Of a stretch of DNA of 64,000 bases, positions 9,264 to 19,769 are shown one piece after another. The DNA lies in assembly GCA_038891095.1 (NCBI GenBank), contig JAWAEV010000001.1:132468-196467 (forward strand). Direction: 5' to 3'. Within the stretch, counting starts at the first letter, position 1. Each line of letters opens with the position of its first letter. Below the pieces are notes generated by a model that saw only the letters and a program-made list of their open reading frames with translations, was not told the DNA's origin and ran no database searches. The DNA is from Candidatus Altiarchaeota archaeon. Its GTDB lineage: Archaea > Altiarchaeota > Altiarchaeia > IMC4 > QMZM01. The translations under genes and the position numbers were made by a program.

Positions 9264-10484
9264 ATGAAAAGCAGGCTATACTTCTTTTTGGCATTAATTC
9301 TTTGCTTAGCTCTTTTTATTGCAAATTGCTCAGCAAAGGTTGTTCTTTTCTATGAAACTGGTAAAATTTCAGGCCAATATAAGATAGATTCTGGTTATAA
9401 AGAATTCAAAAAAGCGCTTGAGAAAAGAGGTTATACTGTTTCAAAAGTTGAGATAGAACTTTCAAAGGCAGTATTACAACGCTATGATCCTGATGTTCTT
9501 GTCATTGCAGGATTATCAAGTCCATTAACTCCACAAGAGCAAGCAGCAGTTTTCGAATTTGTTATGCAAGATGGCAGAGGGCTTTTTATATGCGGAGGCA
9601 CTCCAGCTGCAAATCAACTCTCAATACCTTTTGGAATGACAATTGACGATGCTCCTTTAGAAGATGAAGTACATCCTATAAGAGATTACTCAACAGGTCA
9701 AGTTATAGCAGACAAAAGTAAATTTTCTTTGACATTAAGCAATATTATTACTGACCCTGTAACTAAGTCAATAACACAAGGAGTTTCACAACTTGGTTTT
9801 TTCGGAGGTAATGGAATTGCTCTTTCTGGAAATGCAAAAGCGATATTAATTGGCTATCAAGACACATATGCTCCAAAATCATCTACAGGACTTTTTCCAA
9901 AGGGCAGTAAACCACCAGTAGCAGCATATTCAATAGTTGGCAATGGACTTGTATTTTTGCTCTCAGATGCTTCAATGCTCTTAGATAGTAATCTTGATCC
10001 TAGCAGATATAGGCATGATAACCTGAGATTTGGAACTAATATAGTTGAGTGGTTAAGTATAAAAAGAGAACAAACAGTTAATGCCTCATTGGATGAACTC
10101 TATGTTATTATTGGTGATTTGAAGTTAAGGTTAAATGAGACTTTGGAGGAATCAGCAAAAAAAGATACATTGATAAGTGAATTAACAAATGATAAAAACA
10201 CTCTTGCTGCACAGCTTGATAACTGCAATAAAGAGTTAGAGAAACTAAAATCTGAGAAATTTATGGGAGTTTCCCATTGGATAATTGCAGTTGGATTTTT
10301 AGGATTTGCAATTTTAGTTGCTTCTGCAATATATGCAAAAAAAGCAAAAACAAAGAAAGAAGAAGCGCATGAATTAGGTTATGAATTTGAAGAAAAGGAA
10401 GAAGAGAAAGGAGAGCTTAATATTGGCGGCGGAAAATTTGATGATTTTCTTGAGGAGAAAACAGAGAAAGGGAAGAAAGAATAG
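9264..10484 (+). CDS. Exported GATase-like (DUF4350/GldG-like) domain protein with coiled coil and C-terminal TM anchor
   Basis: Signal peptide; DVLVIAG, FVMQDGRGLFICG, GNGLVFLLSDASM...DNLRFGTNIVEWL; coiled-coil stretch; TM; acidic tail. Confidence 0.65.
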   Translation: MKSRLYFFLALILCLALFIANCSAKVVLFYETGKISGQYKIDSGYKEFKKALEKRGYTVSKVEIELSKAVLQRYDPDVLVIAGLSSPLTPQEQAAVFEFVMQDGRGLFICGGTPAANQLSIPFGMTIDDAPLEDEVHPIRDYSTGQVIADKSKFSLTLSNIITDPVTKSITQGVSQLGFFGGNGIALSGNAKAILIGYQDTYAPKSSTGLFPKGSKPPVAAYSIVGNGLVFLLSDASMLLDSNLDPSRYRHDNLRFGTNIVEWLSIKREQTVNASLDELYVIIGDLKLRLNETLEESAKKDTLISELTNDKNTLAAQLDNCNKELEKLKSEKFMGVSHWIIAVGFLGFAILVASAIYAKKAKTKKEEAHELGYEFEEKEEEKGELNIGGGKFDDFLEEKTEKGKKE

Positions 10485-10513
10485 CAATATTCTTTCTAAA
10501 ATTCATCATAGGT

Positions 10514-10849
10514 TTATTTTCTTATTCTAATTTCTTTTTTACTTTCTTTTAATTTTAGCAAGATTTCTTTTAGCATTGAATCATCAACTTGACTTGGAAG
10601 CCTACCGGCTTGATAGAGTTGTATAAGAAAAATTTCAACACCTCTTGCAAATTCAGGCATTGCAACCCTTATGTTTCCTAACCTTTGTCTTGCTTCAGGA
10701 GTTAAAATTTTATTTATTATGGTTCTTATTTGAGCATTAATTTGCTCTTCTTGCAATTGTTGTTGTATTCTCTCCTGTGCTGCTTGTTGAATTTGTCTTT
10801 GTAATAATTCTTGCATCTTTCTTTTTCTTATCTCCTCTAATTCAGACAT
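10514..10849 (-). CDS. PDCD5-family DNA-binding protein
   Basis: ELEEIRKRKMQEL...ILTPEARQRLGNIR...LIQLYQAGRL; usual position after rps19e. Confidence 0.93.
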   Translation of the reverse strand: MSELEEIRKRKMQELLQRQIQQAAQERIQQQLQEEQINAQIRTIINKILTPEARQRLGNIRVAMPEFARGVEIFLIQLYQAGRLPSQVDDSMLKEILLKLKESKKEIRIRK

Positions 10850-10873
10850 TTTCAGCAAATTAAGTTAGAAGAA

Positions 10874-11296
10874 CTATGACGCCAAAAGCCTATCTGAAAT
10901 TTTATTAAGATATTCGGCACCTTTTTTTGTTATAACTCTGCCCTTTTTATCTTTTTTTTCTGTGAAGCCTAAAGCGTCAAATTCTTGCAAAATTGTTCTT
11001 ATAATTTTACCACTAGCTTTATAGAACTTTTCTGGTTTAACTCCTCTGTGTTTCCTACCACCATATGCAACTCTAAGCCTTTGAACACCAACTGGATTTT
11101 TGCTAATATAAATTTTTCTTAATATTGAGGCTGCTCTTGTCCACCACCAGTCATTATCATTTGGCGCTCTCTCTTTGTCAGCTCCCGTCTTGACAAAAAT
11201 TGCCCAATCAGGTCTTTTGAATTTTATCCTATCTTTTAGATCTTTTGCTACTTCATCAATTAGCTTTTTTGCAGGTATGTCTTTTGGAGTTGCCAT
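10874..11296 (-). CDS. rps19e: 30S ribosomal protein S19e
   Basis: PDWAIFVKTG...WWWTRAASILRKIY...YGGRKHRG...SGKIIRTILQ. Confidence 0.96.
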   Translation of the reverse strand: MATPKDIPAKKLIDEVAKDLKDRIKFKRPDWAIFVKTGADKERAPNDNDWWWTRAASILRKIYISKNPVGVQRLRVAYGGRKHRGVKPEKFYKASGKIIRTILQEFDALGFTEKKDKKGRVITKKGAEYLNKISDRLLAS

Positions 11297-11297
11297 T

Positions 11298-11726
11298 TTA
11301 TAGATCTAAAATTTCATCTTTTTTGAAAAAAATTTCTATCTCCCTCTTTGCATTTTCAATTGAGTCAGCAGCATGTATCAAATTTTCAGAAATACTAACT
11401 GCAAAGTCACCTCTTATGCTACCCATCTCAGCCTCTAAAGGATTTGTCTTTCCAACAATTTTTCTAACAAGAGTTATAGCTTCACTATCAGGAAGATCAA
11501 TTCCTAAAACCATTGCAACTATTGGACCAGAAGTTATATATGAAATTAAGTTATTATAAAATTCCTTTCCTTTGTGCATCTCATAATGCTTTTCTGCAGT
11601 TTTTTTATCAATTTTCATAGCTTTTATAGCAAGAATTTTAAATCCATAATTTTCAAATCTCTCTATAATCTTTCCAACTAAGCCTCGCCGTACTCCATCA
11701 GGTTTTATCATGACAAATGCCTTCAT
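11298..11726 (-). CDS. ndk: Nucleoside diphosphate kinase
   Basis: MIKPDGVRRGLVG; GSIRGDF; NLIHAADS catalytic His. Confidence 0.96.
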   Translation of the reverse strand: MKAFVMIKPDGVRRGLVGKIIERFENYGFKILAIKAMKIDKKTAEKHYEMHKGKEFYNNLISYITSGPIVAMVLGIDLPDSEAITLVRKIVGKTNPLEAEMGSIRGDFAVSISENLIHAADSIENAKREIEIFFKKDEILDL

Positions 11727-12031
11727 TTTTTCTTTTTTATTTTTTTCTTGCTATCATCTTTCTCTTTTACTTCTTCTCCAACTTTTGACTTTTCTTCCTT
11801 AGCTTCTTTTTTCTTTTTTACTTTAATTTCTTCCTTTGGCTTAACTTTTATTCTTATTTCTTTTTCTTCTCTATATGCCTTTGTCCATTTAACTTCTCTT
11901 GGCTTTCTTTTTAGTTTTAGTAAATTTTTCTCACATTTTCTTGAGCAAAAATGAAATACTTTACCCTTTGCACTAACAAAAATTTTTTCCTTTCCGTGAG
12001 GAATTTCATTACCACAAAAATTGCAGTTCAT
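11723..12031 (-). CDS. rpl24e: 50S ribosomal protein L24e with Lys/Glu-rich tail
   Basis: CNFCG...FCSRKCEKN...RKPREVKWT. Confidence 0.95.
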   Translation of the reverse strand: MNCNFCGNEIPHGKEKIFVSAKGKVFHFCSRKCEKNLLKLKRKPREVKWTKAYREEKEIRIKVKPKEEIKVKKKKEAKEEKSKVGEEVKEKDDSKKKIKKKK

Positions 12032-12056
12032 TCTAAATTTTAAAACAAAAACGAAT

Positions 12057-12248
12057 TTATGATAAAGGTCTGGCTTCTCTTTCTGCTTCTCTTAAGTCAA
12101 TAATATCACCTTCTCTTACAGGAGTTCTAACATTTCTTCTGAGAACTCTACCCTTACTTTCACCTTCTAAAATTTTACACATTACTTGAATAACTTCACC
12201 ATAAATTCCAGTTCTACCTATAATTTTTACCACTTGCGAAGCGACCAT
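12057..12248 (-). CDS. rps28e: 30S ribosomal protein S28e
   Basis: [19 protein letters not shown]...[12 protein letters not shown]...EREAR. Confidence 0.95.
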   Translation of the reverse strand: MVASQVVKIIGRTGIYGEVIQVMCKILEGESKGRVLRRNVRTPVREGDIIDLREAEREARPLS

Positions 12249-12260
12249 CTTCTTTATTTA

Positions 12261-12620
12261 TTAACTTTTTATCTCATTTACTTTTTTCACTATCTCTGCT
12301 ATAACATCTTTGGCTTTGCCTTCTTCAACAATGCATGCAGAAGCAGTTGGAATATTTATGCCAACGGCATTGCCAATTTCAGCTTTTGTTAGATAAACAT
12401 AAGGTATCTTTTTCTCTTCACACAACATTGGTAAGTGCATCACTATTTCTGGAGGCTGAACATCAGTGCCAATAACTACAAGTTTTGCTATACCTCGCTC
12501 AACAGCTTTTGTAACTTCATTTGTGCCTTTCTTTATTTTTCCTGTTTCTCTTGATGTTTCCAATGCCTCAACTATCTTAGCAGATAACTCCTTTGGAATT
12601 TCAAATTTTACATATGTCAT
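12261..12620 (-). CDS. rpl7ae: 50S ribosomal protein L7Ae
   Basis: [16 protein letters not shown]...[12 protein letters not shown]; GGAGGT SD. Confidence 0.96.
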   Translation of the reverse strand: MTYVKFEIPKELSAKIVEALETSRETGKIKKGTNEVTKAVERGIAKLVVIGTDVQPPEIVMHLPMLCEEKKIPYVYLTKAEIGNAVGINIPTASACIVEEGKAKDVIAEIVKKVNEIKS

Positions 12621-12717
12621 TTTTTACCTCCTTCATCTTTTAATAGGTCATTGGTTTTATAGAATCCCAAATATATTTTAGTTAATAGAAGTTCTCATAT
12701 ATAAATAATATTGTTGG

Positions 12718-14172
12718 TTATCTATGCCCAAAGCAAAATTTCAGTACAGAATTTTTTTCTTCAAGAACTACAAACCCAAAGCGTTCAAATTGTATTATCT
12801 CACCTAAGCGAACATTTTTGCAATTTTCTTCACATATACCTTTGATTATGCCATCAGGAGTTAAAATTTCTGTTGGAATTCCCAACTGAATCCAGTGAAT
12901 TTTTTTAACTTTTAAATTTTTTTCTTTTAAGCATATTGCTGAAATTTTTTCTGAAATCTCCTCAATTTTTACATTACAAAGATTCATTAATCTCACTTCC
13001 TCATTAACTTTAAGTTCTTTTGCATCCTTTTCTTCAATGAATATTTTCCTTTTTGGATCTACAAAAATTTCTCTTTGTTCGCCCTTTGGAAAATTTGGAT
13101 GTAATGGTAATCTAACAGTTGTCGGCTCTAAATTTTTAATTTCTATTTCAATTGGTTTAGCTATGAAAAAATATCTCCTGGCTTTTGGATCAATTATCTT
13201 CCTATTCTCAGAAAATAAATTCTCCATTGAAATTGAGACAAAATTTTCTGTTATACCTAAGTTAAGAATTACTTTTATTATAGCTTCAGCAGTAATACCT
13301 CTTCTCCTTAGAGCACGAATTGTTGGAAGTCTTGGATCATCCCAACCAGTATATAGTCCTTCAGCAATTCCTTTCTTTATAGCACTTGTTGATAATTTCC
13401 CAAATTCTTCAACTTTTACTCTGCCCCAGTGAATTACCTTAGGATAATTCCAACCAAAGTAATCATAGATAAATTTCTGTTTTTTCTCAGAGTTCTCTAA
13501 ATCTTTACCTCTAATAATATGCGTAACTTTCAGCAAATGATCTTCAATTGCCGATTCAAAATCCAAAAGTGGCCATAAATGATATCTATCTTTAACCCTT
13601 GGATGTTTGGCATAGAGAATCCTAAAACCAACCCAGTCTCTCAACGCTGGATTTTTGTGTTGTATATCTGTCTTAATCCTTAAAACAACTTCGCCCTCAT
13701 TGTATTTCCCTCTCAACATATCTTTCCAAATTTCCAAATTTTCTTTTGCATCAGTGTTGCGATGTTTACATGGCATTTTTGCATCTTTCAACTTTTTAAA
13801 TTCATCAGGATTACAAAAACAAGCATATGCCTTTCCCATCTGTATAAGTTTTTCAGCATAAGGATAGTATAGGTGAATTCTTTCTGATGCATAGTAAATT
13901 TCATCAGGCTCTGCATTTAAAAATTTACAATCTTCTAAATACCAATCATAAGCCTCAATCATAGGGGCCTTTGTTTTTGGATCAGTATCATCAAATCTAA
14001 GAATAAATTTTCCATTATATTTTTTTGCAAGATAGGAATTTATTATTATGCCACGAGCAGAACCCAATGTAGGTGGCCCATTTGGATTTGGGGCAAACCG
14101 CATTCTAACATTCTTTGGGTTATCAGCTAATTTCAGAGAATGATCCTTTGCTTCCTCTGTCATTGCATCCAT
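12718..14172 (-). CDS. gltX: Glutamate--tRNA ligase (archaeal type, short N-terminus)
   Basis: RFAPNPNGPPTLGS, LRFDDTDP, THIIRGKD, KLSTS, GWDDPRLPT, QFERFGF. Confidence 0.95.
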   Translation of the reverse strand: MDAMTEEAKDHSLKLADNPKNVRMRFAPNPNGPPTLGSARGIIINSYLAKKYNGKFILRFDDTDPKTKAPMIEAYDWYLEDCKFLNAEPDEIYYASERIHLYYPYAEKLIQMGKAYACFCNPDEFKKLKDAKMPCKHRNTDAKENLEIWKDMLRGKYNEGEVVLRIKTDIQHKNPALRDWVGFRILYAKHPRVKDRYHLWPLLDFESAIEDHLLKVTHIIRGKDLENSEKKQKFIYDYFGWNYPKVIHWGRVKVEEFGKLSTSAIKKGIAEGLYTGWDDPRLPTIRALRRRGITAEAIIKVILNLGITENFVSISMENLFSENRKIIDPKARRYFFIAKPIEIEIKNLEPTTVRLPLHPNFPKGEQREIFVDPKRKIFIEEKDAKELKVNEEVRLMNLCNVKIEEISEKISAICLKEKNLKVKKIHWIQLGIPTEILTPDGIIKGICEENCKNVRLGEIIQFERFGFVVLEEKNSVLKFCFGHR

Positions 14173-14251
14173 TTATAATTTAATACAAATTTACTTACTT
14201 TAATATTCTGTTCACATATTATTATAATTGCAATAAGAAAAAAGAGGTAAA

Positions 14252-14872
14252 ATGCGGCCAATTGTTATTTGGAACATAGAAATGAGTGCTGATGGAAAAA
14301 TAGGTAAAAAAGATAAAGAAATTTTACTTTCAAATAAGTTAAATCAGAGCAGGATTGAAAAGATGCGAAGTGAAGTTGATGCCTTAATATTTGATTTTAG
14401 AAATGCTGAAAAATTTGCTGAAAATAGAAAAGTCCCGGAAAAAGGTCCAAAGATAGTTATCATAGACCCAAAAGCAGAATTGCCAAAAAATTCAAAAATT
14501 TTAAATTTTAATCCATTGCTAATTGTTGCTGAAGAAGCAAATGCGGAGAAAGTTAAAAATTTGAGGAAAAACTTTGAAGTTATGGTCATTGGTAAATATG
14601 CTGTAAATCTTCATGAATTGCTTGCTAAGCTTTATAGAAGAGGTATAAGAAAATGTATTGTAGAGGATAAAGAGCATTTAGCTAATAGAATGCTGAATGA
14701 AAACTTAATTGATGAAATTTTCATTCTTGTAAATCCTTTGCTGATAGGTAATGGCAAAAGTTTCATTGAAAAAGTTAGTAAGGAGATCAATTTCTCTCTG
14801 AAAGGAATTGTACAGTATGGGGATGCTGTTCTTTTACATTATATAGTAGCAAAAGAGCAAGAGCAAAAATAA
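14252..14872 (+). CDS. RibD C-terminal/DHFR-like reductase homolog (divergent)
   Basis: MRPIVIWNIEMSADGKI and LIDEIFILVNPLLIG motifs; the EGG motif is replaced by EDKE. Confidence 0.75.
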   Translation: MRPIVIWNIEMSADGKIGKKDKEILLSNKLNQSRIEKMRSEVDALIFDFRNAEKFAENRKVPEKGPKIVIIDPKAELPKNSKILNFNPLLIVAEEANAEKVKNLRKNFEVMVIGKYAVNLHELLAKLYRRGIRKCIVEDKEHLANRMLNENLIDEIFILVNPLLIGNGKSFIEKVSKEINFSLKGIVQYGDAVLLHYIVAKEQEQK

Positions 14873-14879
14873 TTTTAAA

Positions 14880-15728
14880 ATGCCAACTCAGGCAATTTCA
14901 TATGCAACAGCAAATATTGTCTCTACAGAAAAAAAAGGTGCTGCATTCACAATTAATATTCCTGTAAAAGTCACAACTGAATTAACAAATGATGGAAAAA
15001 TTTTAATAACTAAAAAAGAACTGAAAAAAATCGCAGAGAAAACACTTTTACTTTTAAAACACAAAGAATATGGATTAAAGATAAAGATTAAGAATGAAAT
15101 TCCAGATGGCTTAGGCAGAGAAGAAGCTACTTCCTTAGCGTTAACATTTTCAATTGCTGGAGAAATAGCAAAAAAATATGGCAGTATAAATGAATTGAAA
15201 ATTGATAAATTTCTGAGTGAGCAATTTTTAATAATTGAGAAAAAATTTTTTGACAAGAAAAAACTTTTGGAATTATGTATTAAAGAGAATGAAAAATTGA
15301 AATTTGAAAAGTTGGCTACTAGCTTTTATGGAGGATTTTCTGTTACAGATAATAGCAAAAGAGAAATTTTGCGTAGAGGCGACATTGAAGAACTCTTTCT
15401 GAAATTGCACAAATTAAGGGTAAGAAAACAATTAAAAATTTTTGAAAGTGAATTAGAAAAGGCATGGGATGAAGCACTTAAAGGCAACTTGTATACTGCA
15501 ATGAAAATAAATGCTCTTTTGCTAAATGAAAACTCAAAAAAATTTGTTAAAAATGAGGTTATAGCAATTTCATATTCGCCACCCTATCTTATAGAAATTT
15601 CAAGAGAGAAAAAATATGGAATTTCATCCATAAATTCTCCAACAAAAATTCTTGAAAAACCAATGAGAATCTATAAAGTGAAAGATTTTTTAAAGATAGA
15701 AAATTCAGATGAATTTAATATTTTTTAG
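14880..15728 (+). CDS. Archaeal shikimate kinase-like GHMP protein (divergent)
   Basis: AISYATANIV, KGAAF, IKNEIPDGLG, SFYGGFSVTDN resemble archaeal AroK; the ATP loop is degenerate. Confidence 0.6.
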   Translation: MPTQAISYATANIVSTEKKGAAFTINIPVKVTTELTNDGKILITKKELKKIAEKTLLLLKHKEYGLKIKIKNEIPDGLGREEATSLALTFSIAGEIAKKYGSINELKIDKFLSEQFLIIEKKFFDKKKLLELCIKENEKLKFEKLATSFYGGFSVTDNSKREILRRGDIEELFLKLHKLRVRKQLKIFESELEKAWDEALKGNLYTAMKINALLLNENSKKFVKNEVIAISYSPPYLIEISREKKYGISSINSPTKILEKPMRIYKVKDFLKIENSDEFNIF

Positions 15729-16397
15729 CTAAAGATATTCCTTTTCACCTTTTATCGCATACATTGTTTTATTTGCAATATTAACTGAATGGTCACCTAT
15801 CCTTTCTAAGTACCTTGCTATTAACAGAAAATTTATTGCAACTATATAAGCACTTTCTCTTTTATTTTTTTCACCATTCAAAATTGCATTAGATATGAAT
15901 TTATAAAGTTCTGAGAACATGCTCCCATATAACTTGTCTATAGCTTCTTCATTTTCCAATACAGACTCTACCTTCTTTTCATTTTTATTTATAAATGCAA
16001 ATGTTGAATCAATTATCATTTTCTCAGCAATTTTAGACATCTCAAAAACAGTCTCAATATTCTCCTTTTCATTTTCAACATATTGGATAATTTTTGCTAT
16101 ATCAATAGAGTAATCAGCAATTCTTTCTAAACAAGCACCAACTGTCATAGAAGATGTTAAAAATCTCAGATCAGAAGCAACTGGTTGATAAAGAGCAACC
16201 ATTTGTATAGAGCGTTCCTCTATTTTTAAATATATATTGTCAGCAATTTTCTCCAAATGAAAAACTTCTTTGGCTTCTGTATCTCTCTTCTTGAGAGCTA
16301 AAATAGCTTCATGCAAGCTTCTTTGGGAAATTTTTGACATTTCCATTATATCCTGCCTTAAAAGATCCAAGCTCTTGAGATATTTTTTGCTTATCAT
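15729..16397 (-). CDS. phoU: Phosphate signalling protein PhoU
   Basis: QPVASDLR, LERIADY, YLERIGDHSVNI. Confidence 0.95.
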   Translation of the reverse strand: MISKKYLKSLDLLRQDIMEMSKISQRSLHEAILALKKRDTEAKEVFHLEKIADNIYLKIEERSIQMVALYQPVASDLRFLTSSMTVGACLERIADYSIDIAKIIQYVENEKENIETVFEMSKIAEKMIIDSTFAFINKNEKKVESVLENEEAIDKLYGSMFSELYKFISNAILNGEKNKRESAYIVAINFLLIARYLERIGDHSVNIANKTMYAIKGEKEYL

Positions 16398-16403
16398 TTT
16401 ATC

Positions 16404-17168
16404 TTATCCAAATCTACCTGTTATATAATCCTCAGTCGCTTTTTCTTTTGGGTTTGAAAATAATTCTTTTGTTTCGTTGAATTCTATTATCTCCCCTAAA
16501 AGGAAGAATCCTGTGAAATCTGATACACGAGCTGCTTGTTGCATGTTATGTGTTACAATTACTATTGTATAATTCTTCTTTAATTTATAAATTAGGTCTT
16601 CTATTTTTGCTGTCGAGATTGGGTCTAAAGCAGAGCATGGTTCATCAAATAATATAATCTCTGGTTTTACTGCAATTGTTCTTGCTATACAAAGTCTTTG
16701 TTGTTGGCCACCAGATAATTCAAATGCATTTGCATGGAGCCTATCTTTAACTTCATCCCAAAGTGCAGCTGCTTTTAAACTTTCTTCAACTATTTCATCT
16801 AATTTTTTTCTATCTTTCACACCATGAATTCTTGGCCCATAGGCAACATTATCATATATACTCATAGGAAAAGGATTTGGTCTTTGGAATAACATGCCAA
16901 CTCTTTTTCTTAGTTTTATAGTATCAATATCTTTGTCATATATATTTTTTCCATCTATCTTAACTTCTCCAGTTATTTTAACTCCTTCTATAAAATCATT
17001 CATTCTGTTTAGACATCTAACAAATGTTGATTTTCCACAGCCAGATGGTCCAATTAATGCAGTTACACAGTTCTCTCTTATATCAATGTTGTTATTCTTA
17101 AGTGCTTGAAAGTCTGTATACCATAAATTAAGATTTCTCACCTCTATTTTATTTCTCTTGCCTTTCAT
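16404..17168 (-). CDS. pstB: Phosphate ABC transporter ATP-binding protein
   Basis: [41 protein letters not shown]. Confidence 0.97.
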   Translation of the reverse strand: MKGKRNKIEVRNLNLWYTDFQALKNNNIDIRENCVTALIGPSGCGKSTFVRCLNRMNDFIEGVKITGEVKIDGKNIYDKDIDTIKLRKRVGMLFQRPNPFPMSIYDNVAYGPRIHGVKDRKKLDEIVEESLKAAALWDEVKDRLHANAFELSGGQQQRLCIARTIAVKPEIILFDEPCSALDPISTAKIEDLIYKLKKNYTIVIVTHNMQQAARVSDFTGFFLLGEIIEFNETKELFSNPKEKATEDYITGRFG

Positions 17169-17169
17169 T

Positions 17170-18012
17170 TTATCTTGAAAAACTAGTAGAAAATTTTCTT
17201 TTTATAAATCTCGTGATTGTGTTAAGTATTAAAATTATAATTATGAGAGTTAGGGATATGCCAAATGCAACTTTAAGTGAAATACCTTCCATTGTGAGAT
17301 AATAAAGTTGGGTTGTTAATGTATTTCCACTATCAAATACTGAGGTAGGTATAGTTGGATTCAAAGCAATCATAAATATTATTGGTGCTGTTTCACCAAT
17401 TGCTCTACCAATGCTAAGAATTATTCCAGTGACTATTCCAGGCATTGCTCCAGGTAGGACTATATTCCATATTGTCTCCAATTTTGATGCACCTAAACCA
17501 TAACTTTCCATCTTCTCAGCGAATGGAATTGTCCTTATCGAAACCTCTGAAGTTCTGATTATTGTTGGCAATATCATAAAACCTAATGTTAAACCTGCTG
17601 ATAACAAAGATGGGCCACCAGTATAATCTTTTAAGTAGAATACAAATAAAGCCAATCCAAATAGTCCAAAAACAATTGATGGCACAGCATTTAATGAATC
17701 TGCAGACATTCTAATTAACTTACTCATCTTCCCTTCTCTTGTGAACTCTGTCAGATATAGTGCTGTTCCTATACCTATAGGTGCTGCAAAGATAATTGCA
17801 ATTCCAACAACAATTAATGAACCAAGAATCGCAGGCATTATGCCACCAGAACGCCAATTATCTTCAGGTATGTTTATTATAAAAGAGATATTAAGAGTAT
17901 CTATGCCCATAATGAAGATATATCCAAGGATAGAAAATAAAATTAGTAATATCATAAATGCTGAAAACCAAAACCATAAATTTGAGATTTTATCAATTGT
18001 TTTTCTCTCCAT
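17170..18012 (-). CDS. pstA: Phosphate ABC transporter permease PstA
   Basis: [29 protein letters not shown]. Confidence 0.95.
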   Translation of the reverse strand: MERKTIDKISNLWFWFSAFMILLILFSILGYIFIMGIDTLNISFIINIPEDNWRSGGIMPAILGSLIVVGIAIIFAAPIGIGTALYLTEFTREGKMSKLIRMSADSLNAVPSIVFGLFGLALFVFYLKDYTGGPSLLSAGLTLGFMILPTIIRTSEVSIRTIPFAEKMESYGLGASKLETIWNIVLPGAMPGIVTGIILSIGRAIGETAPIIFMIALNPTIPTSVFDSGNTLTTQLYYLTMEGISLKVAFGISLTLIIIILILNTITRFIKRKFSTSFSR

Positions 18013-18013
18013 A

Positions 18014-18889
18014 CTACGCAAACCTCTCCTTTGTCTTTAAGATTAATCTATTTGAAATGAAGCTAAGAATTAACACTATTATAAGAGGTATAAGACCAAG
18101 AGAGAATAATGCACTATAATGTAGGCTTTTAACTGTGGACTCCCCCATTTCAAGAAGTATAGCAGATGTGAGAGTCTCCCCAGGATCAAGAAAGCTCATT
18201 GGAATTTTTTCAACATTTCCAATAACTAAGACAACGGCCATAGTTTCACCAATTGCCCTTCCAATGCTTAAAATTATTGCAGCTATAATCCCTGGTTTTG
18301 CAGCTGGTAAAACAACTTTACTTATCACCTCCCATCTCGTTGCACCCATAGCATAGGCACCTTCCCTATAAATTTTAGGAACAGATTCAATTGCATCTTG
18401 AGAAATTGATATTATTGTTGGGAGAACCATTATCGCAAGAATTATCGCAGCTGAGAATATTGTTTCCCCCGTAGCAAGATTAAGAGATACTTTAACAAAA
18501 TTCACTATTATAACAAGTGCAAATAATCCATAGATAACTGAAGGGATTCCAGCAAGTAATTCAATAGCAGGCCTTACTATTTTTTTACTCCAACTTGGTG
18601 CAATCTCAGAAAGGAATATCGCACATGAAACCCCAAAAGGTATGGCAATTGCCATCGCAGAAATTGTTACAAATACTGTTGATAAAATAAAGGGGAAGGC
18701 TCCAAATAGATTTTTTCCTGGTATCCATTTATCTCCAAATAAAAAATCGGCTAAATTCACTCTTGAGAAGGTTGGTAATGCGCTATCTAATATAAACACA
18801 ATAATCAAAAGTAGGATAGATATCGCGGTAATACTAAAGACTGATAATAAAGCCGAAACAATTTTTTCTGCATTAATGTTAATTTTCAT
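18014..18889 (-). CDS. pstC: Phosphate ABC transporter permease PstC
   Basis: ELLAGIPSVIYG, GRAIGETMAV. Confidence 0.95.
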   Translation of the reverse strand: MKININAEKIVSALLSVFSITAISILLLIIVFILDSALPTFSRVNLADFLFGDKWIPGKNLFGAFPFILSTVFVTISAMAIAIPFGVSCAIFLSEIAPSWSKKIVRPAIELLAGIPSVIYGLFALVIIVNFVKVSLNLATGETIFSAAIILAIMVLPTIISISQDAIESVPKIYREGAYAMGATRWEVISKVVLPAAKPGIIAAIILSIGRAIGETMAVVLVIGNVEKIPMSFLDPGETLTSAILLEMGESTVKSLHYSALFSLGLIPLIIVLILSFISNRLILKTKERFA

Positions 18890-19707
18890 TTTTTAATTCT
18901 CACAAAGCCCTCTTTCTTTACTATCTCTTGACCTTCATCAGAAAGTATAAAATCTATGAAATTTTTAACTTTACCCGTTGGCTGGCCCCTTGTTATCAAA
19001 TATAAATTTCTTGCAAGGGGGTATTTTCCATTTTGGATATTTTCTTCAGTTGGCATAACACCATTTATTGCTATTGGCTTAATTGTTCCATCTAAATATC
19101 CAATGCCAACATATCCAATAGCGTTCTCATTACCAGACACAGTAAATCTAACAGCACCACTTGATGGTTTTTGAAGAGCGCCTACAAAAACCTCTGTATG
19201 ATTCATAACAAGTTCATTGAAGCTTACTCTTGTACCGCCACCATCTTCTCTTTGCACAACAACAATTTTCTTATCTGGACCACCAACTTCCTTAAAATTT
19301 GTTATTTCCCCAAGAAAAATTTTTCTTACTTGTTCTAAGGTTAAATTTTCTATTGGGTTTGATGGATGCACAATAATTACTATGCAATCTAATGCAATTT
19401 TATGCACTATCAGCTCAGGATGTTTTCTCTTTTCTTCTTCACTTAATTCTCTTGAAGATGCTCCAATATCAATAGAGCCTTCACTAATCATTCTTATACC
19501 TGTACCAGAGCCACCACCTTGGACACCAATTTTTATTTCCGGATATTTCTTAGAAAAAATTTCAGCTGCTTTTATTATGATTGGTTGAACAGTTGTTGAA
19601 CCTGCTATAACTAGCTTATCTTTAACTTCTTCACTTTCTTTTTTTACGCAACCCAAAGAGAAGATTAAAGCAATTAAACTACAATATAGAAAAATTTTTT
19701 TCAACAT
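18886..19707 (-). CDS. pstS: Phosphate-binding lipoprotein PstS
   Basis: Lipobox SLGC; AGSTTV, GGGSGTG, DIGASSR, YPLARNLY. Confidence 0.93.
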   Translation of the reverse strand: MLKKIFLYCSLIALIFSLGCVKKESEEVKDKLVIAGSTTVQPIIIKAAEIFSKKYPEIKIGVQGGGSGTGIRMISEGSIDIGASSRELSEEEKRKHPELIVHKIALDCIVIIVHPSNPIENLTLEQVRKIFLGEITNFKEVGGPDKKIVVVQREDGGGTRVSFNELVMNHTEVFVGALQKPSSGAVRFTVSGNENAIGYVGIGYLDGTIKPIAINGVMPTEENIQNGKYPLARNLYLITRGQPTGKVKNFIDFILSDEGQEIVKKEGFVRIKK

Positions 19708-19769
19708 TTTTAATGAAAGGTAAAAATCCATGAATTTAGATAATAAGTTTTTTGGCTATAAAAAGTATT

